DNA of 63,470 nucleotides, the filler included, from Pelomyxa schiedti (taxonomy: Eukaryota; Protista; Evosea): assembly GCA_020536535.1 (NCBI GenBank). It is 12 parts of 12 records of this genome, joined end to end, with 100 filler letters (N's around TTAATTAATTAA, not from the genome) between each part and the next. Parts side by side here need not be neighbours in the genome. Positions count along the whole stretch, not along the records: positions 46,958 to 48,463 come from JAHLWZ010002459.1; positions 48,564 to 51,504 come from JAHLWZ010001849.1; positions 51,605 to 53,391 come from JAHLWZ010002272.1; positions 53,492 to 63,470 come from JAHLWZ010000420.1; 8 more parts are not named here. One strand, written 5' to 3'. Shown one piece after another: positions 46,960 to 58,900 of this stretch. Position numbers and translations under genes: made by a program. Under the pieces are notes generated by a model. That model saw only the letters and a program-made list of their open reading frames with translations. It was not told where the DNA came from and ran no database searches. Each line of letters begins with the position of its first letter. The first letter of the stretch is position 1.

Positions 46960-48153
46960 GTGACGAAGCCAGACTGGCTCGGCGACATCATAATCCACGA
47001 AGGTGGCCTGAGTGCCCACGCGCAGTTCTCGTCGTTGGCGCTCGCTGCTGTCTCAGCAAGGTGTGGGGCACGGTCGCCGGCTCGCGCGTTGGGAGCCCAC
47101 ATGCTGAGGCAATTGTGGGACGACTGGGTCGTGGGCTGCCAGAGGGTCGCTGTACTCGACGCCGAGGTGATGCCCTGTGGCAGAGGCAAGGGCAAGCATT
47201 GCGTGATCACGTTCGGGGTGTCACCCTTGCTGCTTGGGATTATGGGAATCAAGTTTGTGCTGGCAGGGGAGCTGCTTGGTATCGAGAGGACCTGGTGGGT
47301 GGACGAGAACACACTCATGAGGGAGGAAGGCACAAGAGGAGCGCTGTCATTGGTGAATACCACCAGTGGCGAAAAAAGTGCGGTGAGGAAGGGCGTGGGC
47401 CTTTACAACTCCAACTTGCGTGTGAATCGAGATTGGGTGTTTCAGCTTGCCGGCCAGCTGATATCTGTTGGAAGTATGAAAACGGGGGAGCTGGAGGATC
47501 CCGTGGTTACTGTTGCACTCCCGGACGTGTATACTCCTGAGAAATTACCTTTTGGCTTGAGCAGAGTGATTCCCTCAATGGCAGTGATGGCTGTTGTGCG
47601 CCTGTATTCCAAGAGATTCTACATTTTGGTGATTGATGTGGCCAAGACGTACAAATCCAGAATGCTGTGTGTGGTGAGCGAAACTCCGTGTGATTTCCGT
47701 GGCATAGAGGAATGGGCTATGGAGAGTGTTCTTGTGATGCAAAATAAGGCTGGCCAAAACGTGTTCATTTTTGATATTACTCAGAGGTGGGAATCCAAGT
47801 CTGTTGTGATTTCCATACTTGAAAATGGTGAAATGAACGAGCTCTATTCCCACAAAATTGATTGCATCTTGGTTCAGGTGAGTGGCTCCATGTTTGCAGT
47901 TTATAACAGGAAGGAAGAGAGGCTGGACATCTGGGACAGCAATGATACAACAAAGAGGCACCCAGTCATCAAGTGCATCCCAAAAGCTGGGAATGACAAT
48001 TTCGTTGTTGGTGGTGGGCTCATTGTCCTCCTTGACACAGACACACAACACCTGCAAGTGATTGATGCTTCATCAACTCACACTGTAGTCACCTTTGGCA
48101 TCAGTGGGTGGTTGATAACTGATGTGATGTCTGACACCTCTTTCTTGTGGTGA
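46960..48153 (+). CDS. Intronless orphan family member, 5'-partial
   Basis: AHAQFSSL, ARCGARSPA, LWDDWV, FGVSPLLLG, VIDVAKTY...ETPC and IWDSND. Confidence 0.75.
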   Translation: MTKPDWLGDIIIHEGGLSAHAQFSSLALAAVSARCGARSPARALGAHMLRQLWDDWVVGCQRVAVLDAEVMPCGRGKGKHCVITFGVSPLLLGIMGIKFVLAGELLGIERTWWVDENTLMREEGTRGALSLVNTTSGEKSAVRKGVGLYNSNLRVNRDWVFQLAGQLISVGSMKTGELEDPVVTVALPDVYTPEKLPFGLSRVIPSMAVMAVVRLYSKRFYILVIDVAKTYKSRMLCVVSETPCDFRGIEEWAMESVLVMQNKAGQNVFIFDITQRWESKSVVISILENGEMNELYSHKIDCILVQVSGSMFAVYNRKEERLDIWDSNDTTKRHPVIKCIPKAGNDNFVVGGGLIVLLDTDTQHLQVIDASSTHTVVTFGISGWLITDVMSDTSFLW

Positions 48154-48168
48154 TACTTCAAAAAGAAG

Positions 48169-48386
48169 ATGTGAGTTAAGAAACCCCGTTTAGGTTTTCC
48201 CTTCAAAGTATCACAGCTGCAAACCATCTGCGCTTCGACAAACTGGCGGCAATGCGAATCAGTGACCTCAATCGCATCTCTGGACTCTCTCCTGCAAAAC
48301 CGGAACCCTGGTGTTTCTTTATTCCGCGAGGACTTTTTATCCATGAGACAAAACTCAATCGATCGGCTCGGGAATGACACAAACTA
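48169..48386 (-). ncRNA. Probable RNase MRP RNA (RNase P not excluded)
   Basis: On the minus strand, CR-I AAAAGUCCUCG (48337-48327) pairs with CR-V AAACGGGGUUUCU (48191-48179) to form P4. Also P2 GUGUCAU/GUGAUAC, P3 UCC.GAG/CUC..GGA, a GGA-GAGAG-UCC GARAR-type loop and P19 AGG-GAAAA-CCU. Confidence 0.65.
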
Positions 48387-48563
48387 AAAATAGTTTTATT
48401 TTTGGAATTTTTTTCCTCTTCCCGGGGGAGGAGATTGGAGTGGAAATAACTTCGCAAATACTGNNNNNNNNNNNNNNNNNNNNNNNNNNNNNNNNNNNNN
48501 NNNNNNNTTAATTAATTAANNNNNNNNNNNNNNNNNNNNNNNNNNNNNNNNNNNNNNNNNNNN

Positions 48564-50627
48564 GCAGGCCAGTGAACCAAGCCTTGATTTTTTGGTGGAA
48601 TTGCCGATTTCAGCATGCCCTGGAGGAGATTGTACATGCTGCTGTTCAGTGGAGTAAACCAAGACCCCTCTGTTGGGGTAGTTCAGAGAGGTAGTTTGGG
48701 TTTTGGGCTAGGGTGTGCCTCAACATGAGGAGGCGGAGCTGGAATGATTTTAATTGCTCCAGCGTGTGGATGTTGCCAGCCCACATGTTGACCTTCAGCT
48801 TGACTGGAGACCCAGTTTGGGAAGGGCATTCTGAAGGTATGTAAAGGCCTTCAGACAGTCCTTGGTTGGGCCAATCAAGGTGCCATCATCAAGGTAGAGC
48901 AGGTGACGCACAACTGGGTGCCTTTCAGCTGAGCTGATGATGGCTTGGTGAATGAGGAGTGAGAAGTAGAATGGGGCGAGTGGGTCCCCTTGGTGGCACC
49001 CTGTGTGTGAGATCACTGTGGTGTCATGCACAATGAGGTGCCCTTGTGGGTTGTAGCACGCTGCGAACCAATATGCTTCTGTGGGAAACATTCTGAGCAG
49101 TGTGTCATGAATGCCAGAGCGATTGGCTGAGTTGAAGGCGTTGGAGATGTCCAGCTGAATGATGGATTGCCCCGCCTCAGCAGCATCTCTGGTGAAGTGG
49201 ATGATCTTCTCTGCACCCTTCTTCACCCCCACACCAAACTGGAAGGGGAGGAAGAAGTCCTTGGCTGACTTCTGAATGTGCGCCAAGGCTGCCCTGGAGA
49301 TTAGTCTGCGGAGGGTTAGGGAAATGACTATGGGCCTAACATCATCAGGCTGCTGTGGTTTGGCGAAAGGGAGGAGGTTCCCTCCAGACCATGTGGGTTG
49401 TATTGAGGCAGGGATTGGTATGGATCCACAGTGGACACCCTTCATGAAGTCATGCAAACTAGCACCTGCCTTCAGTAGGGCCTGCCAATGCTCATACCTG
49501 TACCCCCATTGATCTTGTGAGGAGCTTCGCGGGGCTGATTCAATGGCTCCCATTGTATCTCCAAGGGTGAGGGTAGGGGAGCATGGAGGGGAGCCAAAAG
49601 AGTCATATTCCCTGGCTGGGTGTTTCCGCTTGAGATTCTTGATAACACTGTGAGAGTATGGGAGGAGAGTGTTGTTCTTGAAGAGATGCTTAGCTGCCAG
49701 GGAGAGCCGTCCTGCCTTTGCTGAGGCCTCCGCCTTCTCCACTTTGTCAAAGGGTTTTTGATCTTTGTGGGTGGTGAGGGGGGGAGGGATTGCCTCATTT
49801 TTCAGGAATGACTCCATTTTGTGGGGTAGCTGCTGAGGGGGTGCCTGGCTTGACGAGGTCCTTGCAGTATTTGGTCCCACAGTATCTGGAGCGCTCTGCT
49901 GATGGCATGATACCTTGGCAACGCTGGCAGCACGTTGTCTGGGGGAACCACCCCTTCGTTTCTTGGAGTGGGATTTTGCAGAGACAAGCTCTGTGGCTGC
50001 GGTTGATGTGTTTCCAGAAAAATCTCCGCTTCCATGGAGGATGGGGGTGGTGGTGGAACCGAGCCTGGGGCCCACTGGAGCTGGGGGAGAATTGAGGGGT
50101 GGATGTTTATGATAATCAGGTGGGGAAAGGGTTCCGTTGCATATGTTTTGACAGGGGGACCTACCTTTGGACTGAAGTAACGACAGACTAGGAGATGCAG
50201 TGGTTTTTTTATTGGGGCTGGCATTTCTACGGGTATTGCGACCTTTGACTGTGGTCCAACCCTCACTACTGGAGCTGTCACTTCTGCTGTTGCTGAAGCT
50301 GATGCTGGGGAGGATGTAGTCGTCGTCTCCGTCGTCACCACTGCTGATGCTGTTGTTGAGGTTGTTTCTATCGCTGCTGAGGCTGCTGTCGACGTCTGGG
50401 AGGTTGACATCACCATCTCTATGTCGGGCACTGTTTCCACTGGGGCTGAAATCACCCCGATGCTGTGAAGGCGTTGCAGAACGGAGGGAGGACTGTGGTC
50501 GGTCCAGAAAGTCCCTGTCATACACCCGGATGAGTGGGACTTGCTTTTCCTTCGTTGTGAGCGCCGATCGCTCTGTCACCAGACGTTTTTGACGCCGTTG
50601 TCCGACCCGTTCGCATGGACGGGGCAT
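48564..50627 (-). mobile_element. Non-LTR retrotransposon RT (CRE-like), internally deleted after YLDD
   Basis: VRPIVISLTLRRL, QFGVGVKKGAEKIIH, LDISNAFNS, GCHQGDPLAPFYF and YLDDGTL. After about 48805 another frame resumes at FQLRLLMLRH...NYL. Confidence 0.85.
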
Positions 50628-50683
50628 GACACGTCACCGACGATCAATTTTTTTTTTTTTTTCCAATTGTGTTTGTGTTATAC

Positions 50684-51504
50684 TCATGTCTGATTCTTTG
50701 TTTTCCACTCCTTTATGAGTTGTTTGCATCCCACACAGTTTTGCTTGTCTTCCCACGAGTTGTCTTTGCCCTGAAATCCCTTCCAGTGTATTAGATACTG
50801 CTTTTTTCCCCTCCTTACTCTGCTCCCTAGTATGCTTTCAACATCATACTCACCCTTGTTAGATTCTGGTGTGCTGGTTTGTGTATTCTCCTTCGGTGTA
50901 TCAGCCTTAGGTACACTCTCAGGTACTTTTGTGTTGACAATGGGGATACTTCCACTCTCTTCACCTGTATTCTGTGCAGTACAGTTTCTCTCCACACAGC
51001 AATGAAGGTACCCTATGTTGACTAACTTTTGCATTAACACACCCTCCAGTGTCTCCAGCCGTGCTGTGGAAAGGGACCTCAACAATGCGAAATGGCCCTT
51101 TCCATTTGCGTGCAGGTTTCCCCTTTGTAGGATGTGCATGCGCCTTGGTGTATTTCAGTACATACACTAGGTCTCCCACCTTGAATGGATTTGTTGCAGT
51201 GCTGGCAGTCTTGGATTCCCATGCCTGCCGCGCTATTTCCGCAGTATGTTGTGCGATGCCCCACACTTTGCGTATCCTTTCAACCATTTCTTCAGGGTGC
51301 GAAGGCCGTGCAAGATTTGGAGGTGCCATGATGTTGCCAGTTGTCCGGCAGTCTCTACCATGTTCCAGGAAGAATGGAGAAAACCCTGTAGTTCTTGACA
51401 TCGTTGTCCTGTAAGCGAAGGCAAGGAGAGGTAGCAGCTCATCCCAGTTGGTCTTTGACTTATTTACATATATTCGCAGCATTTCTACAATGAGCCGGTT
51501 GAAC
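50684..51504 (-). mobile_element. Ty3/Gypsy-type integrase C-terminus with GPY/F motif and chromodomain; frameshift near 51070
   Basis: FNRLIVEMLR...WDELLPLLAFAYRT...TGFSPF, FKVGDLV...KWKGPF and EYDVESIL...QYLIHWKGF...NSWE. Confidence 0.85.
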
Positions 51505-51604
51505 NNNNNNNNNNNNNNNNNNNNNNNNNNNNNNNNNNNNNNNNNNNNTTAATTAATTAANNNNNNNNNNNNNNNNNNNNNNNNNNNNNNNNNNNNNNNN
51601 NNNN

Positions 51605-51667
51605 TTTTCTGATGGGTTTTTCCCGCAACCCGGCAACAACTTCTGCGTAAAATGCACTGCCGGTTGC
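51605..51667 (-). ncRNA. Candidate structured RNA 5' hairpin, truncated by the contig end
   Basis: TTCCACAA (51730-51723, minus) lies 63 nt before the hairpin GCAACCGGCAG...UUGCCGGGUUGC, whose apical sequence is UGCAUUUUACGCA. Confidence 0.4.
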
Positions 51668-51823
51668 AGTTCTCCACCAATTCCACCAATTCGGCCAAGA
51701 ATCACTCGTGGTGTCACTCCGTTTGTGGAAAGACTTCCCAGCCTCTTTGGAAGTTTTTGACCCACAACAAAAACAAGGGCTAGCATTACACTCCGGCCGT
51801 ATTGAAAAACTGGTACCACAAAT

Positions 51824-52010
51824 GGCTGGTTGCGTACATTGATGGCTCAGTTGGTGTCACCTCTCTTTGTCACTTTTGTTGGTGGTGTGAGCCCTTAGTA
51901 TCGACGCTGCCGGTCCTCTCTACGCAAACACAAAAGAGGTCCGTGTTTGTTTGTGCTTTCTTGCTTGTGGGATGAATGTATTTTTGGGAGCGGGCTTATT
52001 CAACAGGTTT
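51824..52010 (+). ncRNA. Candidate structured ncRNA: long hairpin, possible pseudoknot and Sm-like site
   Basis: ACCCACAA at 51760 lies 64 nt upstream. Stems GGCUGGU/GCCGGUC, GCGU/ACGC, GGCUCA/UGAGCC and GUCACC/GGUGGU. Interleaved stems CCUCU/AGAGG and GCAAACAC/GUGUUUGU. AUUUUUGG at 51980. Confidence 0.55.
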
Positions 52011-53491
52011 CAAACACACGGAACTCATTTTGTTTGTTCTTAGGTTGAAATCACACACTGGCCAGATAGAGACCGCATGAATCCCACTGGTTCTGCAGGC
52101 AGTAAAACAACAAATACAACACCACCAAGCAAAATAAATAAAATAGCAGGCATTACAGCATGCCACTCTAACTTTGGTAGTTATATCTTCAATCTTCATT
52201 ATCTCTCCCAATTTTTTATCTTCTCTTTCATCCATCCGCCCCTACTGCCCATGACACTAGAAATAGGAGGCAGAAGGGATTGGGTTGCTATCAGAGGATC
52301 AATTCTATGTCAGCATCAACTGGGAAAATTACGTTATTCTTGCTGCTAAGGTATCCAGCATCAATCTTTCAGTTTGAAAAAGGATGGCCAGAGAGGCATG
52401 CACTTCTGGGCACTGGTAGAGTATCTATGCCCTTGGCAATTTAGGAGCCGATGCGCGCAGTGTTGTTGTAACAGCTGATTGTTGCGACTCGATGGTTCAG
52501 AAGCTATGTGAAAAATCAACAAACGCACACGATTGAACCCAATAATACCGTACCTAGTGAAGTTAACCCTGCTTAGAATGCCAGAAAACTGGACCTTGTG
52601 AAAGAACATTCGGACCTGTCTTTATTCCCTTGAACAGTATTTCAGAAATCCTGGATAAGTCATTGATCCAAATGCCCCTTAGGCAAAACTCTCCTGCTTG
52701 GTCTGGATGCTGCTGTAACACTGGGGAAATGAAATTCTTTGTGGTAACCCCCTTCTGTAAGCTTTATTACCTCATTTTTGACTCCCACACAACAGCAGCA
52801 CCGACTTTTACAACTGTGCTCTCTACGGCTGCCCCCACTACAACTGCGCCACTGACTACAACAAATGTGCCCAGTGCTGCTGCGCCCACTACAGTCGTGG
52901 CAGCACCTTTATTGCAGTCTTCCATGAATTATGGTTACGTTGGTCAACTTGGCAATTCTTGGAACCAATGGCGGACAAAATATTGGAGGTACGCTACTTT
53001 ACAACCATATTTCATTACACGGTTCATCTTCATTTTTATGTCACTTATACTCCTCTTTTGATGTGACTCCACCATCCAAGAGCTATGATGGGCAAAAAAT
53101 TCCAGTACTTGGTACACAACTCTATTTTAATTCCCCATTTCGTGAAAGTTTTGTACTAGCGGTAAAGAGATGAACATGATGTTGATCTGCCAGATTGCTT
53201 TGACGATAGCGAAATCCAGCATGAGGAACCTCCACAAGCTGCGGCAGCTGGAAATACTCAGCCAACGTCTGTTCCTGTTCCAGGTTTACAGCCAGCATGC
53301 ACATTCTGTGTTAACCCTTCCCTTTTGTAGATGCTCTACAATCATTCAAGTGCTTTCTTGATGCTAAGAGTTTGAGTGCTCGGTTGCTATCNNNNNNNNN
53401 NNNNNNNNNNNNNNNNNNNNNNNNNNNNNNNNNNNTTAATTAATTAANNNNNNNNNNNNNNNNNNNNNNNNNNNNNNNNNNNNNNNNNNNN

Positions 53492-54195
53492 GGTTTTTCT
53501 CTTGGTTCTTTTCGTTGGAATCACGCGCCTCCTCCATCACGAATTCCGAAAATTCTCTCTGAAAAGACGCTTGATGATTTTGATGTTCCTTCTTCGTGCT
53601 CCTGGCCCTCCCCAATCATCGTTGGGAGACCTGAGAGTTCTTCCTACTTCCATTCCATTCACACCGTCACCGCCGTTGACCCCAAAGCTAAAGGGGAAGA
53701 GTGGTCCACCAACAGGAACTCTTCTCCTAACACAGTGGCTGATCAGAACGATGAGTGGCGGTGGACACCACACAACAACAAGCACCAAGGCACCCATCAC
53801 ACTTCCCAAGTTGGTGTCATCACCAACCACCACAAGCAACAGGCAACAACCGGCCTCGACATCCCCATCCCCATCCCCATCCACAACAAAGGGTGGTAGT
53901 ACCACCAACACCCCCACCAATACAACCACTTCTTCTGCGTCGAGGCACGGTGTAGCATCGGCAGCGCAGGGAACTGCTGCCTCGACTAAGCGGCCCGGTG
54001 ACGTCACGGCGCCGGGGGATGCAACTGCGACTGGCAGGGCAGTTGACCATGTAAATGAAGGGGCAGGTGGTGGTGGTAGTGATGGTGATGGTGATGATGC
54101 TGTGAGTGGGTTCCATCAGAGGCAGTTGGATGACTACTTGCGGTTTTCGATTTCGAAGAGGAACGCGGCACTGAGGGATGTGGAGATTGCATTCA
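53492..54195 (+). repeat. Misplaced fragment that fills gap 62003-62102 and carries the LZTFL1 start (ATG 53751)
   Basis: Its ends duplicate about 61882-62002 and 62103-62224. Confidence 0.85.
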
Positions 54196-54295
54196 NNNNN
54201 NNNNNNNNNNNNNNNNNNNNNNNNNNNNNNNNNNNNNNNNNNNNNNNNNNNNNNNNNNNNNNNNNNNNNNNNNNNNNNNNNNNNNNNNNNNNNNN

Positions 54296-55677
54296 TCAAG
54301 TTGCTCAAACAACTGGAAAGTGATAATGTGGGCACCAGAAGACTCCTCAGTCATGTGTATCTCGTGCCGGGAACCACTCACTTGGAACAGCAGGCCACCT
54401 TCGACAAAAGATTCGCTGCTTGCCTTGCATTTCGCTGTTCTCACTGGCTTACTTGTGTCATTTACATCCCACACAGTGTAGGTATCCATGCCCGGCGCAA
54501 AGACACAGAGCTGTGACTGGTTCAGTTGTGAGACCTGCCAGTTTGCACCTTCAGGAGTATGGATAAGCTCTTGCAATCTGCCAGATAACTCATCCATCAT
54601 GATTAGCCCATCTCGTTCAACACCTGGTATAACAAATGTATGGGCACCACTCCCTTGCGTGGTCATGCAATAGCACTGAGCGATGAACTTCCAGTAGTCA
54701 GAAAGGTGCAAGTCCGCTAACCTTGGAACAGTTGAAGTCAAAACAGCCAGTGCCTTGGATGAACACGTTTGAACCAGGTCCACCACAGCAATCTCAAAAA
54801 ACAGTGACCTGTGAGGACTCTCAAATGTGAGCATCATATGGTCTTCATTGGCACCCCCAAAGTTCGGCGAACAGTAATTCCATGTTCCCTTGCTGGTGTG
54901 AAGTGGCACAACAGTTGGCTTCTTGAAGGTGGCTGCACCACTGGTGTTCTTCCTGGGTATCTCAACAACTACCATCTCCCTAGCTTTTAAGTCACACACC
55001 ACAACCCATTTCCCATTCGTGCTGTAACAACTGAAAGACTGCCGTCTAGCAATCTGTATCCTCTGCCCAGTAGCCCTGTCCTGCAGCAAGAAGCGGTCCC
55101 CTTCTGCCTTGTGCAGTACAAGGTAGTCACGGCTGGAGCCCAGACACTCCTCACCAGGCCTTGGCGCCCACCACCTCATTTCATGTGTCAGTGTGAGCAG
55201 CACAGGTGACACCCCGAACGTGATTGTGATTGTGATTGGTGATTCCCTGCCACAGGAATGGTACAGCCAACTAACACAGTAGAACCTTGAGTTGTCAATC
55301 AGCCACGCCCACAGCAGCCTCAGAACCAGGGTCCCATCAACCACCATCGCCATTGCCGTCGTCCCACAATTGGTATTATTGTTGCTGCTCAGCAGTGGGC
55401 ACCCTGCTGCGCCGCACCGAGGGTGGGTGCCCGCGGCCAGGGCGGCGATCTGGTCCCTCATTGTGGGAGTCCTCATCCGCTCCGTTGCGCTCACCACGTC
55501 CGTCGTGGTCGGCGTTGTCAGAACGTCGGTGTGTGTTGTTGTTTGTGGAGTTGGTCCCACAATGACTACGCGTCCGCTATGCTGGTGCCTCCCGCGACTG
55601 GTTTCTTGGCGAACATTAGGGTGATAATTGTCACCAAAGACCTCATCCCTTGTTGTTGGTCTTTTTCGTGACGCCAT
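54296..55677 (-). CDS. Intronless orphan family member (>460 aa), 3' end in a gap
   Basis: MRDQIAAL, THPRCGAAG, FGVSPVLL, NGKWVV, VVDLVQTCSSKAL, QLNQSQL and VWDVND. Confidence 0.75.
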
Positions 55678-55902
55678 GTCGGTAGTAGTAGGCTACAGGC
55701 TGCTTCAAGGAATTACTTTGACATGGCTGATGAACCAAGGCTAAGTAAACGGAAAAATTTAACTCAGTAGGCACGAATACGCGTAATCGCACACGAAGCA
55801 TCGCTTGGGCAACCAATAAAAAAAACGAGCGGGGTGGCCGGTTAGCATTAGGGGTTTTGTTGCTGGTTGGGGTCTGTCAGTTGGTTGCGTTTTGGATAGA
55901 AT

Positions 55903-58900
55903 ATGAAGGGGCGAGCCAGCGGAGGCACCAGTTCGCGGCGGAGCGTAACGCCCAACAACCTCCCGCCAAAGAAAGTTGGAAACTACCTCATTGGGAGAAC
56001 TCTGGGTGAGGGCACTTTTGGCAAGTGCGTCTGTGGCCTTTGTTTTTTTTTTTCTTTGGGTTGAACTTATGATAAATGTGACCCATCAATTATTTTAGGT
56101 CGGTTATTGAATTAATTTATGTTAATATAAATTGTTATTATGATATTATTATTCTCTTCCAGCTCATTGATAATGCAGGGTGAAGTATGCTGAAAACCTG
56201 ACAACAGGAGAACGTGTAGCAATAAAGATATCAGACAAACAAAAACTCCTCAAGCAGGGAATGACTGTACAACTTAGAAGAGAGGCATACTTCTGATTCA
56301 ACTAATGCCCTCTCATTCTATATCAAGATTTCAATCATGAAAATGATTAGGCACCCAAACATTGTAAATTTAATTGAAGTCCTTGTATCAAAAACAAAGG
56401 TGCAACTAAGAATTTTTGGTGAACTTTATCTGATATTCCTCAGATATACCTTGTCTCTGAGTTGGCTCTTGGAGGTGAACTCTTTTACAAACTCGGTATT
56501 GTTTTTTGCCTTACGGGAATTGTCTGACACTCATTTTTAGCGCAAGAGGGAAAATTCAGTGAAGCCAGAGCACGAATTTACTTCCAACAATTAATATCAG
56601 CAGTTGAATATTGTCACGCACAAGGAATCTGTCACAGAGACATAAAGGTTTTTGAATGGTGATGATTGTCTATTCTATCTCAAAGCACTTTAGCCTGAAA
56701 ATCTGCTGCTGGCTGAAGATGGCGAAACTTTGAAACTATCTGATTTTGGTCTCTCGTAAGAAAAAAAAAAAAAAGGTGGCATCCAATAACTTCTTTCAGG
56801 ACTATATTTTCAGACCCAACTGAAAATGGTTTTCAAGCAAGACTGCTTCGTACACAAGTGTGCCATCTTTGAGTATTTGTAACACTCATTTTTACAATTT
56901 TGAATGCAGTGTGGAACTCCAAATTACGTCTCTCCAGAGGTTTTATCCGTAACCTTCGTGATCCAAATTTTAAGTATAATCAGATATTGGAGGGGAGTGG
57001 CTACCAAGGTACAACAGCTGACGTATGGTATAAACCCCTACACAGAGTCAAAATTCACACCAAACAGGTCCTGTGGAGTAGTTCTATTCGTTTTACTTGC
57101 TGGCTGTATGCCATGTATTTTCAAAAATCGTCCAATTTACAAAATCCAGACCTTCCTTTCAAAGAAGAAAGTGTGACTGCCTTATTTAAGAAAATTCAGA
57201 GTGCCAGTTTTAAATTTCCTCCTTGGTTTACTGATGGGCCCAAAGGTTGCTTACCTCCATACAAATAATAAGTACTTATTTCTATGAAGATTTACTTCGT
57301 AATATTCTTGTTGCTGATCCCAGAGCAAGATTCACGATTCCGCAGATAAAACAAAGCGGCTGGTTCAGAAGGTTTTTTGCCATCTTCAGATTGTGGAATT
57401 TAACATAAGAACTCAGCGGGGGTGTTTTCTTCCCAGAAGAGGGTGTTGCTATGATAGATATGGACACCCCTGTGGAACCTTGGGTCCCAGTATCTGATGA
57501 TGAACACCCGACACCACTACCTGTACAACAAGCAAATCAAGCTCCTTCAACGACTAACATTCCTATGTACCATATTCTATCTCCTTTCTGTACTAATGAC
57601 CATTTTAAACATAGCACCAATGCGTTCACCCTGATAAGGTTATTTCACTTCCAGTTAATGGCAAAACGTGCTCACATATTGTAGTCTGAGTGGTGCCTTT
57701 GATTTGCACAAGCTCTCTGGGACGACTCCTGACGCTTCAGTTGTGGGAGGTCGCTTTTGTAGGTAGAAGCCTCCTTTTGTATGAACTTGGTCTTACTTGT
57801 ATCAAAAGGTTTTTTTCACGGGAACCACCTGATGCTATCTTAAAGCATCTTCAGATTGTGTTAACTGCAATGAATGTAACTTTTGAAATAAATGAAGCTG
57901 CATGCAAAGTAAGTTCAAATTTGGCATGCAGATACTCATCTCTGCAGATACGAGTCGGAGCACAGGATCGAGAAGGACATGCTGTTGGTCTTGTAATAGA
58001 AATTCTTTTGCTTGTAGATGATATTTACCTGGTGATGTTCCGTAAAACACATGTAACTAAACAACTTCATTTCCGGTACTAAGCCCCTCAGGGTGACATG
58101 CTTATTTATCACCACTTGTATCAGCTTATCAGTAACAGCTGCACATCTATTATGGACACCACCCATTCGGGGGCTTTTGGAGCTCCCTCTTCTCGTTACA
58201 CCACTCCTGCTCTTACAACATCCCCCTCTACACAATATCACGGCGCATCAATCAGGTCGATATCAATATCAGCCACGCCCAAGTTGTCCCTTCCTTCCCC
58301 CTCACTCTCACCCTCGCCCAGTCCGCTACCAACACAACTACTGACATACGCAACAAGCACAAACCCCTCCCGGTCGCCAAATCTACATCCCGTGCAACAC
58401 CTGCCACCTCTTCACATTCCCCCTCCCGCAACCCTGAATTTACCTCTCACTCCACTCTCACCACATTCACCAACCAGTAATAGTACCCAAACTAACAATC
58501 CCGGCACCTCGAACCCGCGAACTTCCTCCCCACGAACCAGCACATCTCCCCGCCCCGCTTCGCATTCCCCAACACTTGCCCCCATCAACATGCCCCCCTC
58601 CACCACCCTTGTGCCTCCACAGAAAACATCCACATCACCGCGGGGACTCTCCCCACTCCCCAACACCAAAGTACCAGCCGTACCAGCCATACCATCTCTC
58701 CCGCCACCGATCAATGACCCCGCAAGCTGGCCACAGCCGTTGCTTTCGCCCAAATCGCCCAAGTCCCTCGCCCCGCTGCTGTCACCCTCGGTCTACAGCA
58801 CAGTCACAAGCACATCAGACGCCGCGGAGCTCAGCAACATCACCCCAGATACATACTCTTCCCCGCCACTTACTCCGGTTCTGCCGGGAGTAACTCCTTT

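Noticed and set aside
52010-53391. Short ORFs with a CPDC motif and a Thr/Ala-rich stretch
   Set aside because: No consistent frame or recognisable family. Possibly decayed sequence.
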